From: a virus
Reading direction: 5' to 3' (one strand)
Virus record (IMG/VR): IMGVR_UViG_3300042887_003609
Span: 10,485 to 74,484 of that record
Length of the DNA stretch: 64,000 nt
This document shows, piece by piece, positions 11,601 through 19,709 of the stretch; within the stretch, counting starts at the first letter, position 1; the number at the start of each line of letters is the position of its first letter. A program made the translations under genes and the position numbers. The notes below the pieces were generated by a model. The model saw nothing but the letters and a program-made list of their open reading frames with translations. It was not told the origin of the DNA and searched no databases.

Positions 11601-14600
11601 CCAAATCTTATCTCCATTCTCCCTACTAAATGTAGTAGTTGAAACAGTTTCATCAAACTTAGTACTACCTTTAGCTATTTTGTACAAACGAGATATATTA
11701 TCAATATCTGTTTTTAAAGGTGCTCCTGAATTAAATTCAGTAGTAGCATCAGATTGATCATTATCTTCTAACTCTTCATCTTCTTCTGTAACAGTGTTAC
11801 TTAATTCTACTTTAATAAATGGATTCTTTCCTGCATTTAAAGAACTCTTAATCCAGTTTATATCTTCATCTGTAATAACAGATTCTAATATATCTTCAGA
11901 TGAAGTATAAAGAACTTTTAAATAATTTTGAGTATCAGATGTATACGAAGACTTGTTTAACTCAAAAGAAGCTATAAATCCTTTACTATTTTCTAAAGCT
12001 GATAAAACAATGTAGTCAGGTTTTAAAGTAATACCTAAAGTATCATAAATATTTTTAGATATAACGTTTGCTTGATTAGTTAAATCAATAATATCAGCGT
12101 CACTTAAAATTTCTTTATCATCAAAATTTAATACTTCATTTTCGGAAATATAAAACTTTAAAGTATCTAATGCAATATTAGATTTAGAAATTAAAGATTC
12201 TCTTTCATCAGGCTTATTAACAAACTTAGTGTAGAAAATAGAATTAAAAGCATTAGACCAAATACTAAACTGTAACTGAGCAGCTCCTTTTTGATTTGAG
12301 TTAAATATTTTAATTGCATTATTTCTACCTTTAAGCATTGTAACATATGGAGTACTTTGTAAGTATCCCATAGATTTATAGAACAATACCGCAATGTTTG
12401 CTTTACTTGGGTTACTTAAAGAAACAGTTTCATCTGAATCATTTAATATAATACCAGCTTCGTTAAACAATCTATTTACTGCAGCATTAATATGAGGATT
12501 ATTAGAACTTAAATTTCTAAGTCTACTGTAAAAATCATATTCATTTACAGAACCTGCAGTTAAACTAAGAATACTATCATATACAGCTTTTGCATCAATA
12601 GCTTGTAATAAAGGTTCTCCTTCTACAAGTTCCGTATTACCAAATTCATCTGATGCTCTTAATGTAGTTGTAGCTAAGAAAGATTTAATGTATGTAGGAA
12701 GATTACCAAAACCACCAATTTCTTCAGCTGTTTTATCAAAGTCTTCAGCTCCTCTTAAACCAAACTCAAGTTCTTTAATTGAATCAGCTAAATTCTCATC
12801 TGTAATTTCTTTTACTTTTCTAATTGTAGATAAGTGTTGTCTTACAGATTCCTTTAACTCAGCAGTATTATTTTCTAATACACTTTCATAAACTAAAAAC
12901 TTTTCTGCTTCAATAGATCCTTCATCAAGATTTACATAAGCTGAAGTTTCACTATCAGAATCATATAAGTTTGTATAGTCTTCAAGAGTTTTATCTAATA
13001 ATTTTAAAAGACTTAAATTATCAGGATTATTATTTTCAAATCTATCTAATACAGTAGATGCAATAGATGATGTAAGATTAATTACATCAGCACTTGCCAT
13101 GTATTTTACTACTTTTACAATTTGCCCAGAAGCATCCATTTGAAAATCAGTTTGATTTTTAAGGATAATTGCTTTTAAAGCAGGTTCAGTAATACCATAT
13201 TCTAAAGCTTGCTGAGTAAATACGTTCTTTTGTACAGGAGCAGATTTAAACTGTGCGCTATTAATTCTGTTAAATAAAGTATCTACAGAGTTTTTAGTAT
13301 ATCTGTTAAATACAGATTTAATAAGATTAGCTAGTTTATAAAAGAATCCTTTAACTCCAGAATAGTTATTAGTAGTCTGCTGTTGAGTATCATTTAATTT
13401 TTTATACTCTTGGAATCTATCAGCAAGATGCTCTTCAAACAATCTCTTTTCTAATTGAGATCTTGACATCTTGTTGTAGAATTCCGGATTTGTAGCTACC
13501 ATATCAGCAATAGCTGAACTAAGTTGTCTACCTTCTTTCTTTAATTTAGCATATACTTCTTTCTTAGCTTGATCTAAATAATAATTTATTTCATTATCAG
13601 TTAAGAATAATCTAAATACAGAGTGAAATGCTTCGTGATATTTAAAAGGTGCATCTTTAGATGTTCTGATTACACCACGTATTCCTTCAATACCTAAATC
13701 AATATTTTCAAGATGTGCATAGAACTGTCCCACTGTTACATTACCTGATAACATTTTGTTATTAAGGTTTAATGTATCATCTACAGTTATAATACCTCCT
13801 GGAAGATTTGCATTTAACCAAGAAATGAATTGATCAAGATCATCTACATCATCCTTAGACCAACTTTGTGAGTCTTTATTAGCAGCATTATTAAGTAGAT
13901 ACTGAAAATATACTTGTCTAAGATTTACAAGTTTTTTATATTCAGGGTCTTGATCTAGAATTTTAGTTCTTTCACTCTTAGTTTTACCTTTTAATTCTTC
14001 AGCTTTTAACTGTTGAATTTTTAAAATTCTTTCATCAATTGTTTCACGTAAAGAAACTACTTTAGCAATTTCAATAGTTGCTGGATTATCTGGTATATCT
14101 GATGTTAAAGAAGTTTGACCACCATCTTTTTTAACTTCTTTTTTACTACTATTATCTCTTAGACTAGTATTTGTTTTACCATCACCTTGAACATTTATTC
14201 CTGGTGCTTGAATATCTGATGCTGAAGAAAAACTAATATTAATAGCCCCTGGTTTAATAACTTCTGGTGCTACTGATGTTACCATTGTAGATAAAATATT
14301 TTTAACATTATCTACATTTACCTCTTTAGGGAACCCTTTTCTAATAGTATCTTTTAGTTTATTTACATCAGCTTTAGTGATTGATTTTTGTCGAACACTT
14401 TGTTTATAAAATTTACCACTAGCATTTAAATTTAAACCTGGAATTCTTAATGTTAAATTATTATTAGGATTTAAATTAATAGCTAAAGCTTTTTCTAATA
14501 CTTTAGTTAAAAGATCATCTAATGATTTTACTTCATCATAAATAACAATTTTAAAGTCTTTACCATTAGCACCTTTCATAAAACTTTCAACATAACTAAA

Positions 14601-17600
14601 CTGAAAATTTCCTTGATTAGTTATTTCCAATTTAAAATCAATACCTCCATCTGCAGTTTTATTTAAAGCAAAAAATAATTCATCTTTTATTCTATTATTT
14701 ATAGACAGGTTAGCATCTGCTTTATTTATTTCTGCTGGTTTACCATCTTCATCATAAATAACATTTTCTTTTCTAAGTCTATTAGCTTCTTTAATTATAT
14801 CATTAAATAAGTCTGTAGTATCTTTAGCAGTTGCCTTACCTGGTCTAAGTTCTATAAACTTATATGTACCATTTGGTATTTTAACTACTAATACATATCT
14901 ACCTAATGTTTTTGTAGCATCTTCATAATAAGAAAGACCTTTGTCTTTAACTTGTGTATTAATAGCTTTTCTTATTTCTTCAGCTTCTTGAGGTGTTACA
15001 TTTTTAGTAATAATTTTTTCAACTTTAGTTTTAGTTTCTGGATTCTCAAATCTGTCAATTAAATAAATACCATTTTTATTATTTACATATTTGTATTTAA
15101 GATCACTAAAATTAGTAACATTACCACCTGTTAAATACTTATAAGAACCTACGCCTACTTTTGCATAAATATCAGATACAGAATCATACGGTATAACTGT
15201 TTCAGGTTTATTTTTAGATCTAGTTATTAACTCATTTATAAATGCAGAATAAGCGCTAAAAGATTTTTGAAAACCGTCAACAGTTTTTAAACTTTCTATA
15301 TTAGTAAAAAATATAGATTTGTATAGATCACTTGTCATTTGATTAACAGTGATTTCTTTACCTTCTTCATTATAAAATTTAAATGAATTTGGGTTTCTTA
15401 AATATCCTACAGTTACACCATTAATCTGTACACCAATTTCATATTCTTCAGACTGATATGCTATTCTATTATTTTTAACACCTTCCTGATTAGTTACAAA
15501 ATAATTTAATACTGGGTTAGTAACTTTATTTTTTCTTACAACAAATTTTATTTTAGAAAGTAATTCATCTTTTGGAGTTGTTATTAATAAAGACTCAAAC
15601 TCAGATTTTAATTCAGGGTTTTTAGTCCATACTGAATTATAAACCGTAAAAACTTCATTAGGAGAAGCTTTGGGTAAAAGTTCTAAACTAGATGGAGATT
15701 CTCCTTTTAAATAAAAACCATCTAATGTTTTTACTTTAAAGTAATTACCCACGGGTCTTCCTTTTTCTAGTTTAATTAATAAGAAAGTACCGTCTTTTTC
15801 AATGTTAGCTAACTGATAAGTTACAGGTTTATTGTCAGTATCTCTTTTTTCAAGAATATCATTTATCTTAAACTTCTTATCTTGTGTAAATACATCTTTT
15901 CCTTTTTTAGGTTCAGTTACTAATAAAGTTTGTTTGTCTCTTAAATCAGTTAATAAAGTACTAATATCTTTTTCTACTATAGGTCTTATCTGTGTAGTAT
16001 CTTTATCTATAACCATTATAGCATTACCTTCTTTATTAAGGAAAGTATAACCTACTGAAGCACCTGCTTTATTTTTTAATTCTACAAATCTTAATTTATT
16101 TATAAGATTCAATAAACCAGGATTATTAATAATAAGCTTAAGATCATCTTCAGAAAGTTGAGCATCTACAAAAGATACAGTTTCCGGTAATGGAACACCC
16201 ACGGTTGTTTCTGAAGTTTCAGTTTCTACAGGTTTATATATATTAACTACGTCTTGTAATTCTAAACCATAGTCAGAAACTAATTTTGCAACTCTAGGAT
16301 CTTGACCAAAATATTCAGAAGTTACATACTTTAAAATAAGATCAGGTTTATTCTTTATTATAAGACTATCAGTAGAAGATATAGGCATTACAACATATGA
16401 CCCAGACTTAGTTGATGATAAAAGATTTTTAAATGCATTCATAAAAGCATTTAATCTTTGAATTTGCTCATTACCATCTACATACTGTTGTATTGTAGCA
16501 CCACCTTTTTGCTCATCACTTAATTGAGCAAAACTATTTTCAGCAAACTCTTTAACCTTTACATCTAATTCATCATAAGAGACATTCTTAAATGTAATTG
16601 GTTTTTTAGATTGAGATTTTTTAGTTGGAGGCTCTTGATTTTTTTTTCTTGCTTCTTCTTCTTTTGCAGCTTGCTCTTTAGTTAAATTATCAAAATCTAA
16701 AATTAATCTTTCTACTTCTTTAAATCTTGGATCTGATTTACTAAAAGTTCTTTGTGTTTTTTGATCAACAAATTTAACATCTGGATCAGTTAACAAAAAA
16801 GTTTTAAATGCTTCATAACCTTTTGGAATATCTGTAGGTATAGTTGCTTTATCTATAATGAAATTATTATCATCAAGATAGTTTATAAGTTCATTTGTTT
16901 TAGCATCTGAAAGAAACTCTTTAAAGCTTTCTTTCATAAAGTCAGCTCTTTTTTCTTCAAATGCTTTTCTTGCTTTTATTCTTCTATTTACTTCATTGTA
17001 AAATCCTACTGGATCAGTAAGACTATTTACTGCTTCTGTAAATCTACCTAAATCTTTATTAAGAGCTAAGTAATCTATAAAGTAAGTATATGCTTTTTCA
17101 AGATCTGCTTTAATAAAAGTTTTATTATTATTTTCAGCAAGTTGATTCATGTACTTTACAAAAGCATCTTTAATCCATCTTGCTTTTTCTAATTCAGTTT
17201 TATCTTCAATAGACTCTATCTTCTCAAAATGTTTTTTAAACTGTTCTAAAGCTTTTAGTTTTTTAGATTTATTTTCAGTTTGTTTTTTAAGAGCTGGATC
17301 AGTTACATCTTTTGAAGTTTCAATTTCTTGAGATAAGATATCTATTTCAGTCTGAAGATCTGTAACACTTAATAAAGGTAATACATCACTAAAGGCTATA
17401 TCACCAAGATTACTAATCTCTGTAATATTATTACTTAAATCTTGTAAACGTTTAGAAACTAAATCTATATTATGTAAACTAAAAGTAGCAATCTTTCTAG
17501 CATCTTCAAATCCTTGATAACCAATTCTTTCTGTTTGAAATTGTTTAAAAGATTCAGGATCTTTTATAGATTCTAAAGTATATTTATTTGGATTAAAAGG

Positions 17601-19700
17601 ATTTTTATATTCAGAAAATTGTTCATACTGAGATTTAATTTGATTAGCTCTTGATATGGCAACATCAAGAACTTTCTTAGCTTCCTCTTCAGTTACATCA
17701 TCAGATAATTCAAATGCTTCTTTTAACTCAGCACCATTCATCTGTTTCATGTCTTCTAATTTCTGTTGTAAGAAATTAAACTTACCAGTTTCCAGTGCAG
17801 TATAAATACTATTAAATCTAGCAGCATCTTTAATATCATGGAATGCTTTTTCATCAAATGATTTTAAAGCATCTACCATATCAGCACCTGCTCTTATTTG
17901 AACTAATAAGTTTTCAAAGTCAGGAGTTAATATCTTATTACCTTTTTGAATTGCTTCATTTAATTCATCAGCAATTGCATTAAATCTTTTTGTTTCTTCA
18001 TCAAAAAGTTGTTTGTATTTAGCAGGATCTTTTTTCTCATAGTACTTTTGGATGGTAGCTACTTTAGCACCTGACATTGCAGCACCTGATATTCCTGCTA
18101 AACCACCCATTAAAAATCCAGAAAGAAATGTTTCAACACCTTGTCCAGATGCTTGAGCTTTAAGATTTTCAAAAGCATCAGTTAAATAAAGATTAACTCC
18201 ACCAGCTTCAGGTGTTCTGTAAAGTCTTTCAAAATAATCAGTAGAAGCACCTCCAATAATTTCTTGAGATGTTTCTTGTATACCTTCAGCTAAGTTAGCA
18301 GCAAAATATCTTCTAGTAAAATCTAAATATTCTTTTGGTTTAGTAAAACCTTTAAGAGCAAGTTTAGTATTTTCAGCTAACCCTGCAGTTATTTTAGCTT
18401 CACCAGTAACTGGATCAATAATTAATTTTCTACCGGTTTTAGAACTTTGAGTTACTAATTTATCAGTAGATTTAACAAGAGCAGTCTTACCACCTTTAAA
18501 TAAGTTATCAAATGTAATACCATTTGTAAGATAGATAAGTGGTGCATTTATCATGCCTGTAGTAAAACCGGCATCTTCTGCTAATTGATAAATTTTATTA
18601 AGATCTTCTTCTTCAGGATAATAACCTTTTTCGTTAATAAATTCTTGAACTCTTTTATCAATAAATTCATTTTTAATCATACCACCTTCAAGAGATGATT
18701 CAGAAGTAGTATATGATATCTGTTTAACATCCTTTACAAAATCACCAACTCCTCTGGCTACTTGAGCTAGGTCTGTAATTTGACTATTACCTTTGATTAG
18801 ATTAGATATATTTGTAACAGTGTTAGGAGCCAAATTTTTAACACCTTGAGATAACATAGATACTCCACCGTCAACTATATTTGCAACTTTAGCAGTTCTA
18901 ACTGTATTATAAACTTCTCTAGCTGTATTAGCACTAGCTAATTTTCTTAAATCTGCAATACGTTTTGCTAACTGTGCAGTCTTAGCAGTAGAAGCAGCAA
19001 TAGCTCCAGGTAAAGCAATACCTTCAGATAAAGCAGTGATACCAGCTAATGCTGCTTCAGTTGCAATATAATCAGCAGTAATGCCTGCAATGATACCTGA
19101 TTGTAAAACTAAATTACTTGTAAAGCCTGTAACACCACCTTTAGTGCTACCATACTTTGCCATAATTTCTTCAAACTCATTTGCTCCTTGTTCATCTGTA
19201 AAACTAAAATCACCTGAAAACATATCACCAAGTGATCTATAGCCAGACTTTACAAATGATGCACCTAAGTGTGGAATGTGTGAAGCACCTCTCCATAAAT
19301 CTTGATACCAAGATCTATTTGCGTTATATACTTCTTCATTATTTGCAATTGGATTAAACCCTAATTTATAAAAATTATCAGAGTCATTATAGTATCTATC
19401 AAAGTTTGTTTGTTTATAACCTGATGCAAAACTATAAGGTTTAGCAGCTTGAAAAGCCATTTGTTCTGGAGTAGCTCCATTCTCTTGAGTCTTCTTAAAA
19501 AACTCAAAAGGATTATTATTATTATATTCTACATCCACTACACCAGATGGTGTTGGAATTGCAGGAATACTAGTATCAAAATTAACCGGTACTAAATTAT
19601 CTATTGGGTTAGGTGTTTGAAAATTAAACTCAGGGTTCATTCCTACACCTTCACCAAATGCAGGCGGAATGTTTAAATTACCGTTCTCAAAATCTTGCAT
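5649..19700 (-). CDS. Virion-packaged two-barrel RNA polymerase (crAss-like/phi14:2 gp66 type) with a large N-terminal extension containing a zincin motif
   Basis: 4683 aa. Catalytic GHDFDVDKLY (about 8943-8970), FATRIPSQ (about 9066-9090), RADGQTY (about 10375-10395) and HEAFH...EEHLAD zincin motif (about 13420-13640). Lies among ejection genes. Confidence 0.9.
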   Translation of the reverse strand: MQDFENGNLNIPPAFGEGVGMNPEFNFQTPNPIDNLVPVNFDTSIPAIPTPSGVVDVEYNNNNPFEFFKKTQENGATPEQMAFQAAKPYSFASGYKQTNFDRYYNDSDNFYKLGFNPIANNEEVYNANRSWYQDLWRGASHIPHLGASFVKSGYRSLGDMFSGDFSFTDEQGANEFEEIMAKYGSTKGGVTGFTSNLVLQSGIIAGITADYIATEAALAGITALSEGIALPGAIAASTAKTAQLAKRIADLRKLASANTAREVYNTVRTAKVANIVDGGVSMLSQGVKNLAPNTVTNISNLIKGNSQITDLAQVARGVGDFVKDVKQISYTTSESSLEGGMIKNEFIDKRVQEFINEKGYYPEEEDLNKIYQLAEDAGFTTGMINAPLIYLTNGITFDNLFKGGKTALVKSTDKLVTQSSKTGRKLIIDPVTGEAKITAGLAENTKLALKGFTKPKEYLDFTRRYFAANLAEGIQETSQEIIGGASTDYFERLYRTPEAGGVNLYLTDAFENLKAQASGQGVETFLSGFLMGGLAGISGAAMSGAKVATIQKYYEKKDPAKYKQLFDEETKRFNAIADELNEAIQKGNKILTPDFENLLVQIRAGADMVDALKSFDEKAFHDIKDAARFNSIYTALETGKFNFLQQKLEDMKQMNGAELKEAFELSDDVTEEEAKKVLDVAISRANQIKSQYEQFSEYKNPFNPNKYTLESIKDPESFKQFQTERIGYQGFEDARKIATFSLHNIDLVSKRLQDLSNNITEISNLGDIAFSDVLPLLSVTDLQTEIDILSQEIETSKDVTDPALKKQTENKSKKLKALEQFKKHFEKIESIEDKTELEKARWIKDAFVKYMNQLAENNNKTFIKADLEKAYTYFIDYLALNKDLGRFTEAVNSLTDPVGFYNEVNRRIKARKAFEEKRADFMKESFKEFLSDAKTNELINYLDDNNFIIDKATIPTDIPKGYEAFKTFLLTDPDVKFVDQKTQRTFSKSDPRFKEVERLILDFDNLTKEQAAKEEEARKKNQEPPTKKSQSKKPITFKNVSYDELDVKVKEFAENSFAQLSDEQKGGATIQQYVDGNEQIQRLNAFMNAFKNLLSSTKSGSYVVMPISSTDSLIIKNKPDLILKYVTSEYFGQDPRVAKLVSDYGLELQDVVNIYKPVETETSETTVGVPLPETVSFVDAQLSEDDLKLIINNPGLLNLINKLRFVELKNKAGASVGYTFLNKEGNAIMVIDKDTTQIRPIVEKDISTLLTDLRDKQTLLVTEPKKGKDVFTQDKKFKINDILEKRDTDNKPVTYQLANIEKDGTFLLIKLEKGRPVGNYFKVKTLDGFYLKGESPSSLELLPKASPNEVFTVYNSVWTKNPELKSEFESLLITTPKDELLSKIKFVVRKNKVTNPVLNYFVTNQEGVKNNRIAYQSEEYEIGVQINGVTVGYLRNPNSFKFYNEEGKEITVNQMTSDLYKSIFFTNIESLKTVDGFQKSFSAYSAFINELITRSKNKPETVIPYDSVSDIYAKVGVGSYKYLTGGNVTNFSDLKYKYVNNKNGIYLIDRFENPETKTKVEKIITKNVTPQEAEEIRKAINTQVKDKGLSYYEDATKTLGRYVLVVKIPNGTYKFIELRPGKATAKDTTDLFNDIIKEANRLRKENVIYDEDGKPAEINKADANLSINNRIKDELFFALNKTADGGIDFKLEITNQGNFQFSYVESFMKGANGKDFKIVIYDEVKSLDDLLTKVLEKALAINLNPNNNLTLRIPGLNLNASGKFYKQSVRQKSITKADVNKLKDTIRKGFPKEVNVDNVKNILSTMVTSVAPEVIKPGAINISFSSASDIQAPGINVQGDGKTNTSLRDNSSKKEVKKDGGQTSLTSDIPDNPATIEIAKVVSLRETIDERILKIQQLKAEELKGKTKSERTKILDQDPEYKKLVNLRQVYFQYLLNNAANKDSQSWSKDDVDDLDQFISWLNANLPGGIITVDDTLNLNNKMLSGNVTVGQFYAHLENIDLGIEGIRGVIRTSKDAPFKYHEAFHSVFRLFLTDNEINYYLDQAKKEVYAKLKKEGRQLSSAIADMVATNPEFYNKMSRSQLEKRLFEEHLADRFQEYKKLNDTQQQTTNNYSGVKGFFYKLANLIKSVFNRYTKNSVDTLFNRINSAQFKSAPVQKNVFTQQALEYGITEPALKAIILKNQTDFQMDASGQIVKVVKYMASADVINLTSSIASTVLDRFENNNPDNLSLLKLLDKTLEDYTNLYDSDSETSAYVNLDEGSIEAEKFLVYESVLENNTAELKESVRQHLSTIRKVKEITDENLADSIKELEFGLRGAEDFDKTAEEIGGFGNLPTYIKSFLATTTLRASDEFGNTELVEGEPLLQAIDAKAVYDSILSLTAGSVNEYDFYSRLRNLSSNNPHINAAVNRLFNEAGIILNDSDETVSLSNPSKANIAVLFYKSMGYLQSTPYVTMLKGRNNAIKIFNSNQKGAAQLQFSIWSNAFNSIFYTKFVNKPDERESLISKSNIALDTLKFYISENEVLNFDDKEILSDADIIDLTNQANVISKNIYDTLGITLKPDYIVLSALENSKGFIASFELNKSSYTSDTQNYLKVLYTSSEDILESVITDEDINWIKSSLNAGKNPFIKVELSNTVTEEDEELEDNDQSDATTEFNSGAPLKTDIDNISRLYKIAKGSTKFDETVSTTTFSRENGDKIWNYQIPTFNRRILTKIKDLVLKNKDVKAEDLPDDLRYNPLFNNLEFKNLALSPQFITKRIGELKESTLDDKGNQNKKLESNKLSQAKAYKKFSPRDLMLFMIDNAINGTYYQNYQKEDGIMGSAFRAPVLTRILEASSTAEFIELPVIKTITQDNKASRGYVFNKDFTNSIAQEILRQLKRIEKTREEIRQIEEIGKDAYIKNGGEVIEGYHTGKKRGIDFSPSMKELLMMNGSTLYDTLLNETTTSEIFKDKNFALNLTGQIADYFESQVDDFLNVLESLGVIKANKKIYDNELLSDKITKVDDNINLREGNVRFNLAQVFLNDYYNTLFYNNLTIGDETVGIKDAIDAFKRAKGMNAAFINIASTFTAPEYGINHKSDKSHILVFNEPTVRSTNASKKEIERADGQTYTTVKGLRYTLWGLGRLNKQVAAFLDDIEAGVPITSSKYFGSKNVAGMFDYDAKFNSLKLVYYDDKQNYIKTSVALLTKELTSNKTKDGWQAKPGREFLHNLRERLERFERETPETFAFAAPASSIKMKKSNVFGENGDNLTETINTADNNYFTQLDNSYWGLQTENPGGKKKITDPSQIKVIVESELNEDVEVNYLGKDIPIKDLRNIYQLSSARKVELSYNKTINKLFDFGDVQHELGNSINENRITPKLEEFINYAKETLEASGGSSQLISMFSVDEETGQPKYNLNNIITEGKFIEFFFSYFRSVTNQKVKGDSLTLVSDLGFDVLREVVKIYPNGSIETRVVPQSEMSKFTNKLENKKTVTDAEERNVQVGDVYFDRLRHNQKVYDTKGNITGTYAEVMVPPLSKDIMDYISANGFAPDVVTDFFATRIPSQDKHSSQNYKIVDFLPVFYSSSIVAPAEMVEVTGHDFDVDKLYSMFKEFYKKKIKGKTEFIEFGTATGKSDRFEEFLKSQFKTREFRLKFAEVEKKFEKQIDDEFESLFEMGYSEEEIYEMYDVDNLIDKEEVLKQTLIELNLPSTAEAYVKVAGENSSNIKKQIVPEILHNNIVNARRTFVSNNAVTVDTKIEGSNPISFDPANTQPFEDVIESFEKEFKDYPEFLELLDDKNFDVNSLTGKVTGFGNIMEGAEGIGPAVVMNTAFHFLNTHKVSIKNDNDKVFNLQINDKVIDSKTKKEKVISNIYRDFGTNKAGDIRKAYLLSAVVTAMTDNAKLIIASKFNLNPDAVGILSYMVALGVPFNKALKITSSNVIRDYYTALKNNNSAFKTQQEEKAAVVILEEKLKALKPENIENLILTSDDLNKGITEKDNKEVNYKLLFTWSELSKQATYATKLANIVRISQGLGKSFEDLDGLAEDIADLGLTLKGKDFAMSDETYDESSIPFIGLREAIKTKAFEVKEYIKIVQEIDKLSGFLFIRRTPLFKKLFESVKLNFKVNRRFEDKFNENLNKDLLSYLTLKAFVTNEANKGASSSYSKYLNNALIYRQLEAEQEEGFKNINAIINSLREKSPDNTFLNFLNNVPVITNVIQNKEVVTRRNLANRTNINYVETNTWASLTKPEIERLQLSIIDLYNDPNTRDEALGLLSYLMVKDGLQFKSGSFLSVMPPEILDPYLKSVNKALDLLSKQNNLTDLDSLEKVFGIIFGASPVNLIKDFITNYSKHINNSFYVRSISQIDEKKWKDIGTVPAYYPGATGEGVIRVVDSQKTKGDREYITVDMFAGTAVKYERIKTSDEGIQYQEEITEFNKEKFKDNLNFLERSGFPLKSFDKKTVIGFPFVIKQKVELGKEKRDIYYELVSVKTSLIDKGAPKDLTNYIGKGFGMAFGSGAVYRKTKQIGVKAATPLGFIFEGAIPTNESIRLDLKNLKEDIKETIEVLDLKQEEQPVVNNDEINATNAIQRLKTEFNIRQDMLTPGKYFDADGFVLVEFNGLFPEQVLSKLIKSGKSVKFEEQDSVVNSEAKEDNIKSIQNNPAETETADNSVNALGFMGGFSMDDILDEDPDLEDFKNNCKGKKKK

Positions 19701-19709
19701 AGTTCAAAA

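Noticed and set aside
5649-19700. Intein as the explanation for the large vRNAP size
   Set aside because: No recognisable C/S...HN-[CST] splice junctions or LAGLIDADG motifs seen by eye.
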